From Gemmatimonadales bacterium (GTDB lineage: Bacteria; Gemmatimonadota; Gemmatimonadetes; Gemmatimonadales; GWC2-71-9), in the NCBI GenBank assembly GCA_036505175.1, contig DASXTV010000044.1:1357-65356 (forward strand): 64,000 nt of DNA, given 5' to 3'. The position numbers and the translations under genes were made by a program. Positions within the stretch are counted from its first letter, which is position 1. Each line of letters begins with the position of its first letter. A model generated the notes under the pieces. The model saw only the letters and a program-made list of their open reading frames with translations, was not told the DNA's origin and ran no database searches. Below are positions 25,859-35,073 of the stretch, piece after piece.

Positions 25859-27619
25859 ATGTTCGCAATTCTCCTCGCGCTGGTCATTCAAGACACCACT
25901 CCGCAACTGTTTTACAGCGTCACCGTTCCTACCGACCGCTCGGCCTACCTGGTCGAGATGCAAATCAACTATCCTGCCAGTCCCAGCCGTGTCGTGATTC
26001 CCAACTGGGCGCCCGGCGCCTATCGATTGATGGATTCGTGGCAGAACATCCACAATGTCGTCGCCGTCAGCGCCGCCGGTGATTTCCTGCCCGTTCACCA
26101 GGATTCGCCGATCTCCTGGGTCGTCGACCCCAAAGGCGCCAGCCGGATCACGATTCGCTATAGCGCGGGGCTGCCGGACGCGGACCAATGGCGACGCCCC
26201 AACAACCGCTGGTTCTTGCGGTCGACATCGGGGGTCGTGGATGGCCCGCGCACATTCATGTACCTCGACGGGTGGAAACAGGCGCCGGCCCGCGTCACCT
26301 TCCAGCTCCCCAGGGGCTGGCGCATTGCCACCGGACTCGTCCCGACGACGATCGATAGCACGACGTTTGCGGCCCCGAGCTACGATGTGCTGATCGATTC
26401 GCCGGTCCTGTTGGGCAAGTTCCTGACCTATCATTTCACCGCGGCCGGCACGCCGCATCGCGCCGTCGTGGATCTGGGCGGCGGCCGCGCCTCCGCACCC
26501 GTGGTATTCGTAGACATGCTGCGGCGCATCTCCACCACGGGGATCGGCATCTTCGGCGCCGCGCCCTACAAGGACTACACGTACATCTTTGTCGGGGGCC
26601 GCGGTGGTGGACTCGAGCATCTCAACTCGACCACGATCGGCGTCACCACGGCGACCCTGGCCCGCAATCCCCGCGGCGCCGAAACGGTCAGCGCGCACGA
26701 GTTCTTCCACGCCTGGAACGTCAAGCGCATTCGGCCGGTCGAGCTCGGGCCCTTCGACTACGAGCACGAGGTGCGCACGGTCAATCTGTGGTGGAGCGAA
26801 GGGGTCACCGACTACTACGCCGACGTGATTCTGGCGCGGGCGGGCCTCGACAGTCCTGCAGACTTCGCCCAGGGTCTCGCGACCTCCATCGGGAATTACC
26901 GTGGCAATCCCGCTCGGCTGCTGATCTCTCCCGAGCGGTCGTCGTGGACGGTATGGGATTCGCCGGCAGTCAACAACAGCAACGTGATCTCGTACTATCT
27001 GCAGGGCGAGCTGCTCGGGTTCCTGCTCGATCTCGCGATCCGCGATTCGACCGATAATGCGAAGTCGCTCGATGACGTGATGCGCTATCTCCTCGATCAC
27101 TTTGCGGGCGAGCGCGGCTTCACGCGTGATGAGCTGGTGGCGGCCGTTCGCAGCGCCACGGGACGCAACTTCGAGGAGTTCTGGCGGCTGTACGTGAGCG
27201 GCACGAGCGAGATTCCCTGGGATGACTTCGTGCGAGCGGCGGGATGGCGCGTGGTGTTCACCGAGACCCCCGCCGTCGATGCGCGCATCGGCTCGATCCC
27301 GCCGGCCGTGCAAGGCGGCCGGTGGCGCGCCGTGGTGACACCGGGGAGCGCCGCGGAGGCCGCCGGGCTGCGCACGGAAGACGAGCTGGTGCGAATCAAC
27401 GGCCGCGATATCCTCGACGGCACCGACGTCACCGCAGCGGTGCGGGCGGTCGGCCCGGGTGCGCCGGTGGTCGTCGAGGTGGTGCGCGACGGCCAACCGC
27501 TCAGGATTCGCTTCTCCGCCGGAACGTATAATCGCGTCCGCGCCCAGCTGCGCGAGGTGCCGGCGCCGACCGCCAGGATGCGGCGGATTCGGGCCAGCCT
27601 GGTGGGGCGCGAGCGATGA
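25859..27619 (+). CDS. M61 family glycyl aminopeptidase with C-terminal PDZ domain
   Basis: HEFFHAWNVKRIRP zinc motif and a PDZ-like GSAAEAAGLRTEDELVRINGRDI. Confidence 0.85.
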   Translation: MFAILLALVIQDTTPQLFYSVTVPTDRSAYLVEMQINYPASPSRVVIPNWAPGAYRLMDSWQNIHNVVAVSAAGDFLPVHQDSPISWVVDPKGASRITIRYSAGLPDADQWRRPNNRWFLRSTSGVVDGPRTFMYLDGWKQAPARVTFQLPRGWRIATGLVPTTIDSTTFAAPSYDVLIDSPVLLGKFLTYHFTAAGTPHRAVVDLGGGRASAPVVFVDMLRRISTTGIGIFGAAPYKDYTYIFVGGRGGGLEHLNSTTIGVTTATLARNPRGAETVSAHEFFHAWNVKRIRPVELGPFDYEHEVRTVNLWWSEGVTDYYADVILARAGLDSPADFAQGLATSIGNYRGNPARLLISPERSSWTVWDSPAVNNSNVISYYLQGELLGFLLDLAIRDSTDNAKSLDDVMRYLLDHFAGERGFTRDELVAAVRSATGRNFEEFWRLYVSGTSEIPWDDFVRAAGWRVVFTETPAVDARIGSIPPAVQGGRWRAVVTPGSAAEAAGLRTEDELVRINGRDILDGTDVTAAVRAVGPGAPVVVEVVRDGQPLRIRFSAGTYNRVRAQLREVPAPTARMRRIRASLVGRER

Positions 27620-28260
27620 CGGAGCGGGCGATCGAGCTCGTTCTGATCTTCACGTCCATCCTCTTCATCGTGGATCCGTTCGCGGTCATTCCCACGTTTC
27701 TCGCGATGACCGTGCGCGACTCTCCGCTGCAGCGGCGCCTCCTGGCGCGGCGCGGGGCCTGGACGTGCGCGATCACGCTGATCGCCTTCGCCCTGGGCGG
27801 CAGCATGATCTTCAAGATCTTCGGCATCACGATTGGCGCCTTCAAGATCGCGGGCGGCGTGCTCATCGGCCTGAACGCGCTCGACATGGTTCAGGCGCGG
27901 CGCAGCCAGCAGCGCGAGACGCCGGTCGAGACGGCGGAAGGAATCCAAAAAGACGACATCGGGATCATGCCGCTCGGAGTTCCGATGCTGGCCGGGCCCG
28001 GCGCGATCTCGACGGTCATGGTCCTGGCCCTCGGCGCGAAATCGGCGGCCGCGACTGCAACGGTCTATATCTCCATCGCCCTGACGGCCGTGATCACCTA
28101 TCTCGTGCTGTCGGCGGCGTCGATGGTCGAGCGCCGCCTAGGCCAGACGGGGATGCGCATTTTGACGCGGCTGATGGGGCTCGTGCTGTGCGCGATTGCC
28201 GTGCAGTTCATCATCGACGGGATCAAGTTGAGTTTTCGAGATTTCCATCCGATGGGCTAG
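27616..28260 (+). CDS. MarC family (UPF0056) membrane protein
   Basis: ILFIVDPFAVIPTFLAMT N-terminus and 6 TM segments. ATGA overlap with the M61 stop. Confidence 0.85.
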   Translation: MTERAIELVLIFTSILFIVDPFAVIPTFLAMTVRDSPLQRRLLARRGAWTCAITLIAFALGGSMIFKIFGITIGAFKIAGGVLIGLNALDMVQARRSQQRETPVETAEGIQKDDIGIMPLGVPMLAGPGAISTVMVLALGAKSAAATATVYISIALTAVITYLVLSAASMVERRLGQTGMRILTRLMGLVLCAIAVQFIIDGIKLSFRDFHPMG

Positions 28261-28346
28261 TCCAAGGGGTTGATTGTGGGGGAAAATGCGAGACCCTAGT
28301 CTACGACTCTATGAGCGGTCCTCGTTCGTTGAAGATCGATCAACAC

Positions 28347-29126
28347 ATGTCATCGCCACGTGTCAACGCCCTGCTGATCGAAGCCCCCGTGAACCGGCAC
28401 TTCGCGCAGTTGCATCGCGACCTGGAGGCCCTCACCGACGCCGTGACCCTCTACCTGCAGACGGGCTTGCGGCGCGGGAACGGGGTCGTCGTGATCGCGT
28501 CCCCCGGACAGACCGACCTCTTCCTCGAGGGGCTGCGTGAGGACGGTCTCGATCCCGGGGCGTTCCTCAAGTCCGGCCAGCTGGAGCTGCATGACGCCGA
28601 GCTGACGCTGCGGAAGTTCATGCGCAACGATATGCCGCACTGGGATGACTTTCGCCGGGCGATGGCATCGATCTTCGAGCGGGTACGCGCGTTCGGGCGC
28701 GGCACGACCAGGGCGTATAGCGGGATGGTGAATCTGTTGTGGCACGAAGGTAGGCAGGAGGCCGCCATCCGCCTCGAGGAGCACTTGAACGAGCTCGCGC
28801 GTCTGTACCCGTTTTCACTGTTCTGCAGCTACATGCTCGACGTGCACCATGACCACGCGTACAGCGGGCCGCTCGAAGAAATCGGCCGCACCCACTCCGA
28901 CATTCTGGGCACGGCGGAAGACGAGCGCTTCTGCAATGCGCTGGACGCCGCGAGCCGGGACGTATTAGGGGCACCCTTGTCGCAGATGATCGGGTTCTCG
29001 CGCCACACTCCTAGCGGTGAGCAGCGCTTCCCCAGCGGGCAGCGGACGATGCTGTGGGTCAAGCGCAACCTGCCCTCGGCCAGCGCCGCCGTGCTCGAGC
29101 GCGCGCGTCACTACTACGAAGAATAG
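28347..29126 (+). CDS. MEDS-domain protein, paralog 1
   Basis: HFAQLH...VVVIASP...AYSGMVNLLWHEGRQEAAIRLEEHLNELARLYPFSLFCSYML matches the MEDS pattern (from memory). Start chosen by alignment with paralog 2; alternative ATG at 28311. The 555-aa track ORF is an artefact upstream. Confidence 0.7.
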   Translation: MSSPRVNALLIEAPVNRHFAQLHRDLEALTDAVTLYLQTGLRRGNGVVVIASPGQTDLFLEGLREDGLDPGAFLKSGQLELHDAELTLRKFMRNDMPHWDDFRRAMASIFERVRAFGRGTTRAYSGMVNLLWHEGRQEAAIRLEEHLNELARLYPFSLFCSYMLDVHHDHAYSGPLEEIGRTHSDILGTAEDERFCNALDAASRDVLGAPLSQMIGFSRHTPSGEQRFPSGQRTMLWVKRNLPSASAAVLERARHYYEE

Positions 29127-29135
29127 GTGTAACGC

Positions 29136-29936
29136 GTGACCGCCCCCGCTGCTAGCAACCTTCTCACTGCGGCGCCGGCCGGTCGTCATTTCGCCCAGTT
29201 TCACCGCCATACCGAAGGCCAAGATCGTCGTCGCGACACGCGCACCGAGTCGGCGCTCCTCTTCGTCGAAACGGGCTTGGGGCGCGGCGATAATGTGCTG
29301 GTCATCGTGGGGGCCGATCAGCGGGACCGGTTGTTCGAACGCCTGGCCGCGGGCAAGTTCGCTCCACAATCGCTGCCCGATCCGGAACAACTGTCCGTGC
29401 TGGATGTCGGACAGATCACGGCGCAATTCGTTGCCGACGGCTTGCCGCAGTGGGCACCCTTTCGGAACGCGCTGGCGCCAATCCTGTCGCGTCTGCAGGT
29501 ATCCAGACGCGGCACCCGGGTCTACAGCGAGATGGCGAATACCGTATGGCAAGCGGGCAACACCGCTGCCGCGATCCAGATCGAGGACTTCTGGAATGCC
29601 TTGGCCGCGACGTACTCGTTCTCGCTCTACTGCGGCTACACGATGGATACGCATTCCGAGCACGCGTACGCAGCGCCGCTCGAGGAGCTGGGCCGCACAC
29701 ACTCCGACATCCTGAGCACGCCAGAAGACGAGCGTTTGGGGGCAGCGCTCGATCGGGCGAGCAAGGAGATCTTCGGGATTCCGCTCACCCAGATGGCGGG
29801 TGTGTCGCGGCAGGAGGGGGCCCGCCGCTTCCCCAGCGGTCAGCGCGCGATGCTATGGGTGAAACGCAATCTCCCGCTCTCGACACCGCAGCTCGCCGAG
29901 CGCGTGCGTCATTACTACAACGACACTCGTCCCTAG
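29136..29936 (+). CDS. MEDS-domain protein, paralog 2
   Basis: Collinear with paralog 1 (HFAQFH, VYSEMANTVWQAGNTAAAIQIEDFWNALAATYSFSLYCGYTM, RFPSGQRAMLWVKRNLP, RHYY). GTG start 9 nt after the paralog 1 stop. Confidence 0.7.
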   Translation: MTAPAASNLLTAAPAGRHFAQFHRHTEGQDRRRDTRTESALLFVETGLGRGDNVLVIVGADQRDRLFERLAAGKFAPQSLPDPEQLSVLDVGQITAQFVADGLPQWAPFRNALAPILSRLQVSRRGTRVYSEMANTVWQAGNTAAAIQIEDFWNALAATYSFSLYCGYTMDTHSEHAYAAPLEELGRTHSDILSTPEDERLGAALDRASKEIFGIPLTQMAGVSRQEGARRFPSGQRAMLWVKRNLPLSTPQLAERVRHYYNDTRP

Positions 29937-29946
29937 CGCGGCCACC

Positions 29947-31575
29947 TCACATCCGCTTGTACTTCGGTCCGCTTCCTCCTTCCCGCGGCGTCCATCGCGG
30001 ACCCAGGACGTCGGTCGCCTTGCAGTCTACGCAATTCGGCGCATTGATACGCAGACCGCTGTCGGTCGCCTCGTAAACCCCGGCCGGACAGACGTGCGAG
30101 TAAAACCGCGCCACGTCTGAGGGCACATCCTGCGCCGCGATAAGGTGGCTGGGAATCGTGTCTCGCGTGGCATTCCCGGACTTGAAGACTGCGTCCACTT
30201 TGCTGATCCCACTCTTGACCACCCCTGATGGTGTCGAGACGCGCCGCTCGACTTCCGCGTCGGCATGCATCCGGTACTTCCGGCCGGGGAACCGGCCGCC
30301 CGTCAACGTCATGAGCGCGGCCTGGATCCCGCCCAGGTAGAAGCCATCGCGGAACGCCAGCCGCATGTTGCGGGTGCGGTAGAGATCGGCGGCGACGTAT
30401 GACGCATTCACCAGCCGATCGTACTCTGTGAGTGCGGATCCGTCCTTGAGGTTGTGAAAGATCGCGCGCGCCGCATAGATCCCCGATTGCATCGCGTAGT
30501 GAATGCCCTTGAGCGACGGCACATCCACGAATCCGGCGGCATCGCCCAGCAAAACGACGCGGTCGCCGGAGCGCCGCTCGGGCAACGAATAGAACCCGCC
30601 CTCGGGAATCGTCTTCGCGCCCCACTCGATCATTTCGCCGCCGGCGAGCAGCGCGCGGACCAGCGGGTGCTGTTTGAACTGCTGCAACAGGACGTGGACG
30701 TCGAGCGCCGCGTCGCGGTAATCGAGACCCACGACCAGCCCCAGGGCGACGAGGTTTGGCTCGAGCGGGTACACGAAGCTCCCGCCAAAGGCGTCGCTCG
30801 GCAGCGGCCACCCCAGCGTGTGGATCACGCGATCGAGCGGCTGCGTCGTCTCCCACAGCTCTTTTACGCCGAGCGCGAAGATCTGGGGATTTGCCGACGG
30901 CACGCGTTGCCACTGGCACCACGCCTGGGCCAGCAACCCCCTCGTCCCCTCGGCGAGCGCCGTGACTTTCGCGACAAGATCGTTGGGCGCCTGGCCTCCT
31001 CCGCCGGCCGTCGGTGTCCCGTCCCGATCGAGTCCCGCCGCCGCGGTGCGGACGCCGGCCACCGCCGAGTCGCGCACCAGCAGCTGCGCCGCCGGGAATC
31101 CGGTGAACAGATTGACGCCGAGCTCCTCGGCTTTGGCGCCAAGCCAACGCACGATCTCGCACAACGACGCGACGTAATGGCCGCGGTTGTGCATGGTCGG
31201 TGGCGTGGGCAGCCGGAGCTTGGAGCCTGGAGTCAGGAGATAGACCGCTTCCTTCGTCACCGGCCCGCGGAACGGAAAGTCGGAGTCCTTCAGATCCGGC
31301 AACAGCTCGCGGAAGGCGCGCGGATTCACGACGGCGCCCGAGAGCGAATGCTCCCCCAACGCCTCGGCCTTCTCCAGGACGGCAATGTTGAGCTCGGTGC
31401 CGTCCGCCTTTGCGAGTTTGGCCAGCTCGATCGCGCAGGCCAGCCCCGCGGGCCCGGCGCCGACAATGAGGACGTCGAGCTCCATGCGGTCGCCCGCTCC
31501 GTCGGAGCCGTCTTGGAGGATGAGTTTTTCTAAGGGGAGCGCGGGCTGATACTGAGCAGGAACGATCTTATCCAT
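29947..31575 (-). CDS. Electron-transfer flavoprotein:ubiquinone oxidoreductase (ETF-QO)
   Basis: VLIVGAGPAGLACA FAD motif, C-terminal 4Fe-4S region CPAGVY...CVDCKATD, and GGSGPKYKRM end. Confidence 0.92.
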   Translation of the reverse strand: MDKIVPAQYQPALPLEKLILQDGSDGAGDRMELDVLIVGAGPAGLACAIELAKLAKADGTELNIAVLEKAEALGEHSLSGAVVNPRAFRELLPDLKDSDFPFRGPVTKEAVYLLTPGSKLRLPTPPTMHNRGHYVASLCEIVRWLGAKAEELGVNLFTGFPAAQLLVRDSAVAGVRTAAAGLDRDGTPTAGGGGQAPNDLVAKVTALAEGTRGLLAQAWCQWQRVPSANPQIFALGVKELWETTQPLDRVIHTLGWPLPSDAFGGSFVYPLEPNLVALGLVVGLDYRDAALDVHVLLQQFKQHPLVRALLAGGEMIEWGAKTIPEGGFYSLPERRSGDRVVLLGDAAGFVDVPSLKGIHYAMQSGIYAARAIFHNLKDGSALTEYDRLVNASYVAADLYRTRNMRLAFRDGFYLGGIQAALMTLTGGRFPGRKYRMHADAEVERRVSTPSGVVKSGISKVDAVFKSGNATRDTIPSHLIAAQDVPSDVARFYSHVCPAGVYEATDSGLRINAPNCVDCKATDVLGPRWTPREGGSGPKYKRM

Positions 31576-32527
31576 GCAGCTTGCGAATCTCTTCAGTCAG
31601 CTTCGGAACGATTTCGAACAGATCGCCCACCACGCCGTAGTCCGCAACTTTGAAGATCGGCGCGTCCTTGTCCTTGTTGATCGCCACGATCACTTTCGAC
31701 GTCCGCATGCCGGCGAGATGCTGGATCGCCCCGGAGATCCCGACCGCGATGTACAGCGACGGACTCACAGTCTTCCCCGTCTGCCCCACCTGATCGGCGT
31801 GTGCCCGCCATCCCGCATCGACCACCGCGCGCGACGCGCCCACCGCTGCCTGACCGCCAAACGCGCGTGCGAGCTCCTCGAGCACCTTGAAGTTGGCAGG
31901 CTCTTTCAGACCACGGCCGCCGGAGATGATGATCTGCGCCTCCGCGACATCGAGTGTGCCCGCCGGTGCGGCCTTGATCTCGCGCACCGTTACACGACCG
32001 GCTGCGACATTCACCGCGACCGTTTCGGCCGTGCCGGCCTTGGGCCGCTCCACCGGCGTAAACACGTTGGGTCGCAGCGACACCACGGCCGGCTGCGCCG
32101 CGACTTTGACCTTCAGGAGCGCCTTCCCGGCGTACACCGGCCGGGTGACCACCAGGCCGCCGCCATCGGCGGCGAGATCGGTGAGATCTTCGGCTACGCC
32201 CACACCGAGCTGCGCCGCGACCCGGGGCGCGAGGTCTTTGCCGGTGGCAGTCGCGCCAAAGACGATTGTGCGATAGCCCCCCTGCTTCGCACGCTCGGCC
32301 AGTGCTTGTGCGCACGCTTCGGGCGCGTACCTGGCAAACGCGGGGTTGGTGAGGGTGACAACTTTGTCCGCGCCGAACTTTCCTAGCTGGTCGGCGCCCT
32401 GCACGGGGCCGGTCGCGCAGACAACAGCTTCGACGGCTCCACCGAGACGCTGCGCGGCAGTCACGACCTCGTGCGAAATCTTCCGGAGCGTGCCGTCGCG
32501 CTGCTCCAGCACGGCGAGTGTCGTCAC
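31568..32527 (-). CDS. etfA: Electron transfer flavoprotein alpha subunit
   Basis: C-terminal SRAVVDAGW...[29 protein letters not shown] signature. GTGA overlap with etfB. Confidence 0.95.
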   Translation of the reverse strand: MTTLAVLEQRDGTLRKISHEVVTAAQRLGGAVEAVVCATGPVQGADQLGKFGADKVVTLTNPAFARYAPEACAQALAERAKQGGYRTIVFGATATGKDLAPRVAAQLGVGVAEDLTDLAADGGGLVVTRPVYAGKALLKVKVAAQPAVVSLRPNVFTPVERPKAGTAETVAVNVAAGRVTVREIKAAPAGTLDVAEAQIIISGGRGLKEPANFKVLEELARAFGGQAAVGASRAVVDAGWRAHADQVGQTGKTVSPSLYIAVGISGAIQHLAGMRTSKVIVAINKDKDAPIFKVADYGVVGDLFEIVPKLTEEIRKLHG

Positions 32528-33276
32528 AGGACCTTGGCCTCTTCGCGGAGCAGCCGCACCAGCTCACCCACCGCGCCCGCACCCTCACCGACGATCTTTC
32601 CTTCCTTCCGCTCGGGAGGCGGCGTGAGCGCGGCGACTTCGAGCGCGCCAACGCCAGGCTGCACCGGTTTCACCTCGAGTGGCTTTTTCTTCGCCGCCAT
32701 GATGCCCTTGAGGGCGGGGTAGCGGGGCTCGTTGAGGCCCTTGTCGGTCGTGAGGACGGCAGGAAGGGGAAAGTCCACGACCTCGATGCCGCCTTCGATC
32801 TCACGCTCGGCCACTCCCTTCGTTCCCTCGAGGTCGAGGTGCGAGACGGCGGTTACGCACGGCAGGCCCAGCAGCTCGGCCACGAGCGTCCCGACTTGGG
32901 TGTTGTAATCGTCGATCGCCATGCGGCCGAACAGGATCAGATCCCAGCTCGTGCTGTTCAGCTCGGCCGCGATGACTTTGGCGGTCTCGAAGGGATCGGC
33001 AGGGATCTTGTCCGCTTGTAACAGGACGCCGCGATCGGCGCCCATCGCCAGGGCGGTGCGAATCGTCTCCTGGGCTGCGGCCGGTCCAAGGCAGATGACG
33101 GCGACCTCGCCGGCACCAGCTGTTTCCTTACGGCGCAGCGCCTCTTCGACCGCGAACTCGTCGTAGGGGTTGAGGACAAACTTGACTCCCGCAGCGTCGA
33201 GGCTTTTGCCGTCGGCAGCGATTTTGACGCGCGTCTCCGAATCGGGCACGCGTTTGATGCACACAGCGATTTTCAT
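32524..33276 (-). CDS. etfB: Electron transfer flavoprotein beta subunit
   Basis: MKIAVCIKRVPDSETRVKI N-terminus. 250 aa. Confidence 0.95.
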   Translation of the reverse strand: MKIAVCIKRVPDSETRVKIAADGKSLDAAGVKFVLNPYDEFAVEEALRRKETAGAGEVAVICLGPAAAQETIRTALAMGADRGVLLQADKIPADPFETAKVIAAELNSTSWDLILFGRMAIDDYNTQVGTLVAELLGLPCVTAVSHLDLEGTKGVAEREIEGGIEVVDFPLPAVLTTDKGLNEPRYPALKGIMAAKKKPLEVKPVQPGVGALEVAALTPPPERKEGKIVGEGAGAVGELVRLLREEAKVL

Positions 33277-33293
33277 GAGGACGGAAAGCTACG

Positions 33294-35039
33294 CTAGCGC
33301 CGCGCCATGCGGAACACGGAGATGCCCCAACTTTCGGGATCGTCCGGTGGGTCGTCGTTCCAGTGGTCGTACGAGTGCGAGCCGTCCGAGCGGTAGCGCA
33401 GTGAGTAGGTCCCAGCGGGAAGCGTGATGACGCCGTCGAACAGACGGTTCTTGTCGGTGCCGCCCGCGGGCTCGGTCTCTTCGTACTTCATGTCCCAGAC
33501 GGTGTGGCCGCTGGAGTCCTCGATCCATCCGCGGTCGAACATTTCGCCATCGCGGCCCTCGCCCAGCGCCAGTACGCGCAGACGCGTTTGCTCGGTGAGC
33601 CGAAGCGTCGCGCTCGCGTCTTCGTCGTTACCCATGTGAGTGAGCTGTGACAGCGCCGGTGTGTTGCCGCGCCCGGTCCGCCGGAACGGCGCGACGACGG
33701 TGGGGTTTAGCCGCCGGCTCTCCGGAAACAGGCTCACACCCCAAAAGCGCTCCTCGGGCGGTGGCGCGGCATTCCAGTCGTTGTAGGAGTGCGAGCCGTC
33801 GCTGTGGTAGTACACGAGATAGTCGCCGGCGGGGAGGCGGATCTTGCTGTCGAACAACCGGTTCTTCTCGGCGCCGCCCGCCTGCTCGGTATTCGCGTAG
33901 CGCATCGCCCACACGGGCCGGTGACGCTCGGCGTCCACGATCCAGGCGGAGTCGGACATGTGGTCGTCAGTGCCCTCGCCCAACGCGTAGACATGCACGT
34001 CCATCGGGCGCTTCAGCGTGAAGCCCTCCACGCGCAACTCGTCGTCCCTGACGCCGATGAGGGATACGATCGTTTGGCCCTGCGGAACGGGTTCGTATTG
34101 GAATGGCTTGACGGACGCGCGTGCCGCCCGGTCGGCGACGCGCAGCGTCAGGCCCCAGAACTCGGGATCGGTCGCCGGGACGTTGTTCCATTCATCAGGG
34201 CCGTGCGAGTCGTCGCACACAAAGTAGGCGACGTAATGGCCGGGCTTGATCTGTAGCGTCTCATGCGCCATGCGATTCTTCGCCGCGCCACCGGCGGGAT
34301 CGGTGCCGGCGTAGGTCATCGTCCAGACGCGCTTGCGCGTGTCGGCGTTCATGATCCAGCCGTAGTCGAAATCGCCGTCGCGCCGCAGCTCACCGATGGC
34401 GTAGACCTCGACGCTGGTGGGCCGGGTGATCTCGAACCCCTTCCGGATGGCGCTGTTGCGGTCGGGGACGAGCGTCACGATCGCGGATGCGGTGAACGCC
34501 GCATGCGCGGCGTTGATCTCGTCTTGAGAAGCAATCCGGCCCGCGCCCTCGATGTTGAGACCGAACTGCTTGTACAGCTCAGTCTCGACGTATGGACCGC
34601 CGTACTTCACGCGCCGGCCGAGCCGGATGATTTCCCTCAGGCTGATATTGATGTCGCCGTTCCAGGAGACGGAAGACGCGGGATACGACGCGTAATGCGC
34701 CTCGTACGTGCCGGCCGGGAGGTGCACGGTGCCGGAGAACCGGCGCAGGCCGTTGGATTCGCGCTGCGTGTCCACCGCACGCATGTCCCAGACGACCGCG
34801 CGCGTGCGCGCATCGAGAATCCAGGCAGCGGCCGGCCACGTCGTCTGCTCGTCGTCCTGCCAGTGCTCGTCGTCGCGGCTGCGCAGCCGGTCCGGCCAAG
34901 GCTCAGCACCGGTGGCGGTGATTTTCACATCCTGGGGTGCGGTCAACACGAAGCTGCTCACCCGATGTTCTCGAGGGGTGAGGTTCTGAATGTCGACCAG
35001 CTGAGTTTGAGCAAGGACGAGCAACAACGCGACAGGCAT
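33294..35039 (-). CDS. Exported hypothetical protein built of four ~100-aa repeats
   Basis: Short signal-like N-terminus MPVALLLVLAQ. Four modules share GWI..(D)....VW.M.Y....AGG..KNR......LPAG.Y..Y..D(G)SH....WN..P.DPE.WG (aa 29-165, 201-301, 339-438, 478-577). Confidence 0.7.
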   Translation of the reverse strand: MPVALLLVLAQTQLVDIQNLTPREHRVSSFVLTAPQDVKITATGAEPWPDRLRSRDDEHWQDDEQTTWPAAAWILDARTRAVVWDMRAVDTQRESNGLRRFSGTVHLPAGTYEAHYASYPASSVSWNGDINISLREIIRLGRRVKYGGPYVETELYKQFGLNIEGAGRIASQDEINAAHAAFTASAIVTLVPDRNSAIRKGFEITRPTSVEVYAIGELRRDGDFDYGWIMNADTRKRVWTMTYAGTDPAGGAAKNRMAHETLQIKPGHYVAYFVCDDSHGPDEWNNVPATDPEFWGLTLRVADRAARASVKPFQYEPVPQGQTIVSLIGVRDDELRVEGFTLKRPMDVHVYALGEGTDDHMSDSAWIVDAERHRPVWAMRYANTEQAGGAEKNRLFDSKIRLPAGDYLVYYHSDGSHSYNDWNAAPPPEERFWGVSLFPESRRLNPTVVAPFRRTGRGNTPALSQLTHMGNDEDASATLRLTEQTRLRVLALGEGRDGEMFDRGWIEDSSGHTVWDMKYEETEPAGGTDKNRLFDGVITLPAGTYSLRYRSDGSHSYDHWNDDPPDDPESWGISVFRMARR

Positions 35040-35073
35040 GGCTGATATGACGAGAGGCGGTGAGAGGTGGTTT

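Noticed and set aside
28261-28346. Promoter-like TTGATT upstream of the first MEDS gene
   Set aside because: No acceptable -10 hexamer lies at 16-19 nt spacing (the nearest TAGTCT is at 21 nt). It is not supportable from sequence alone.
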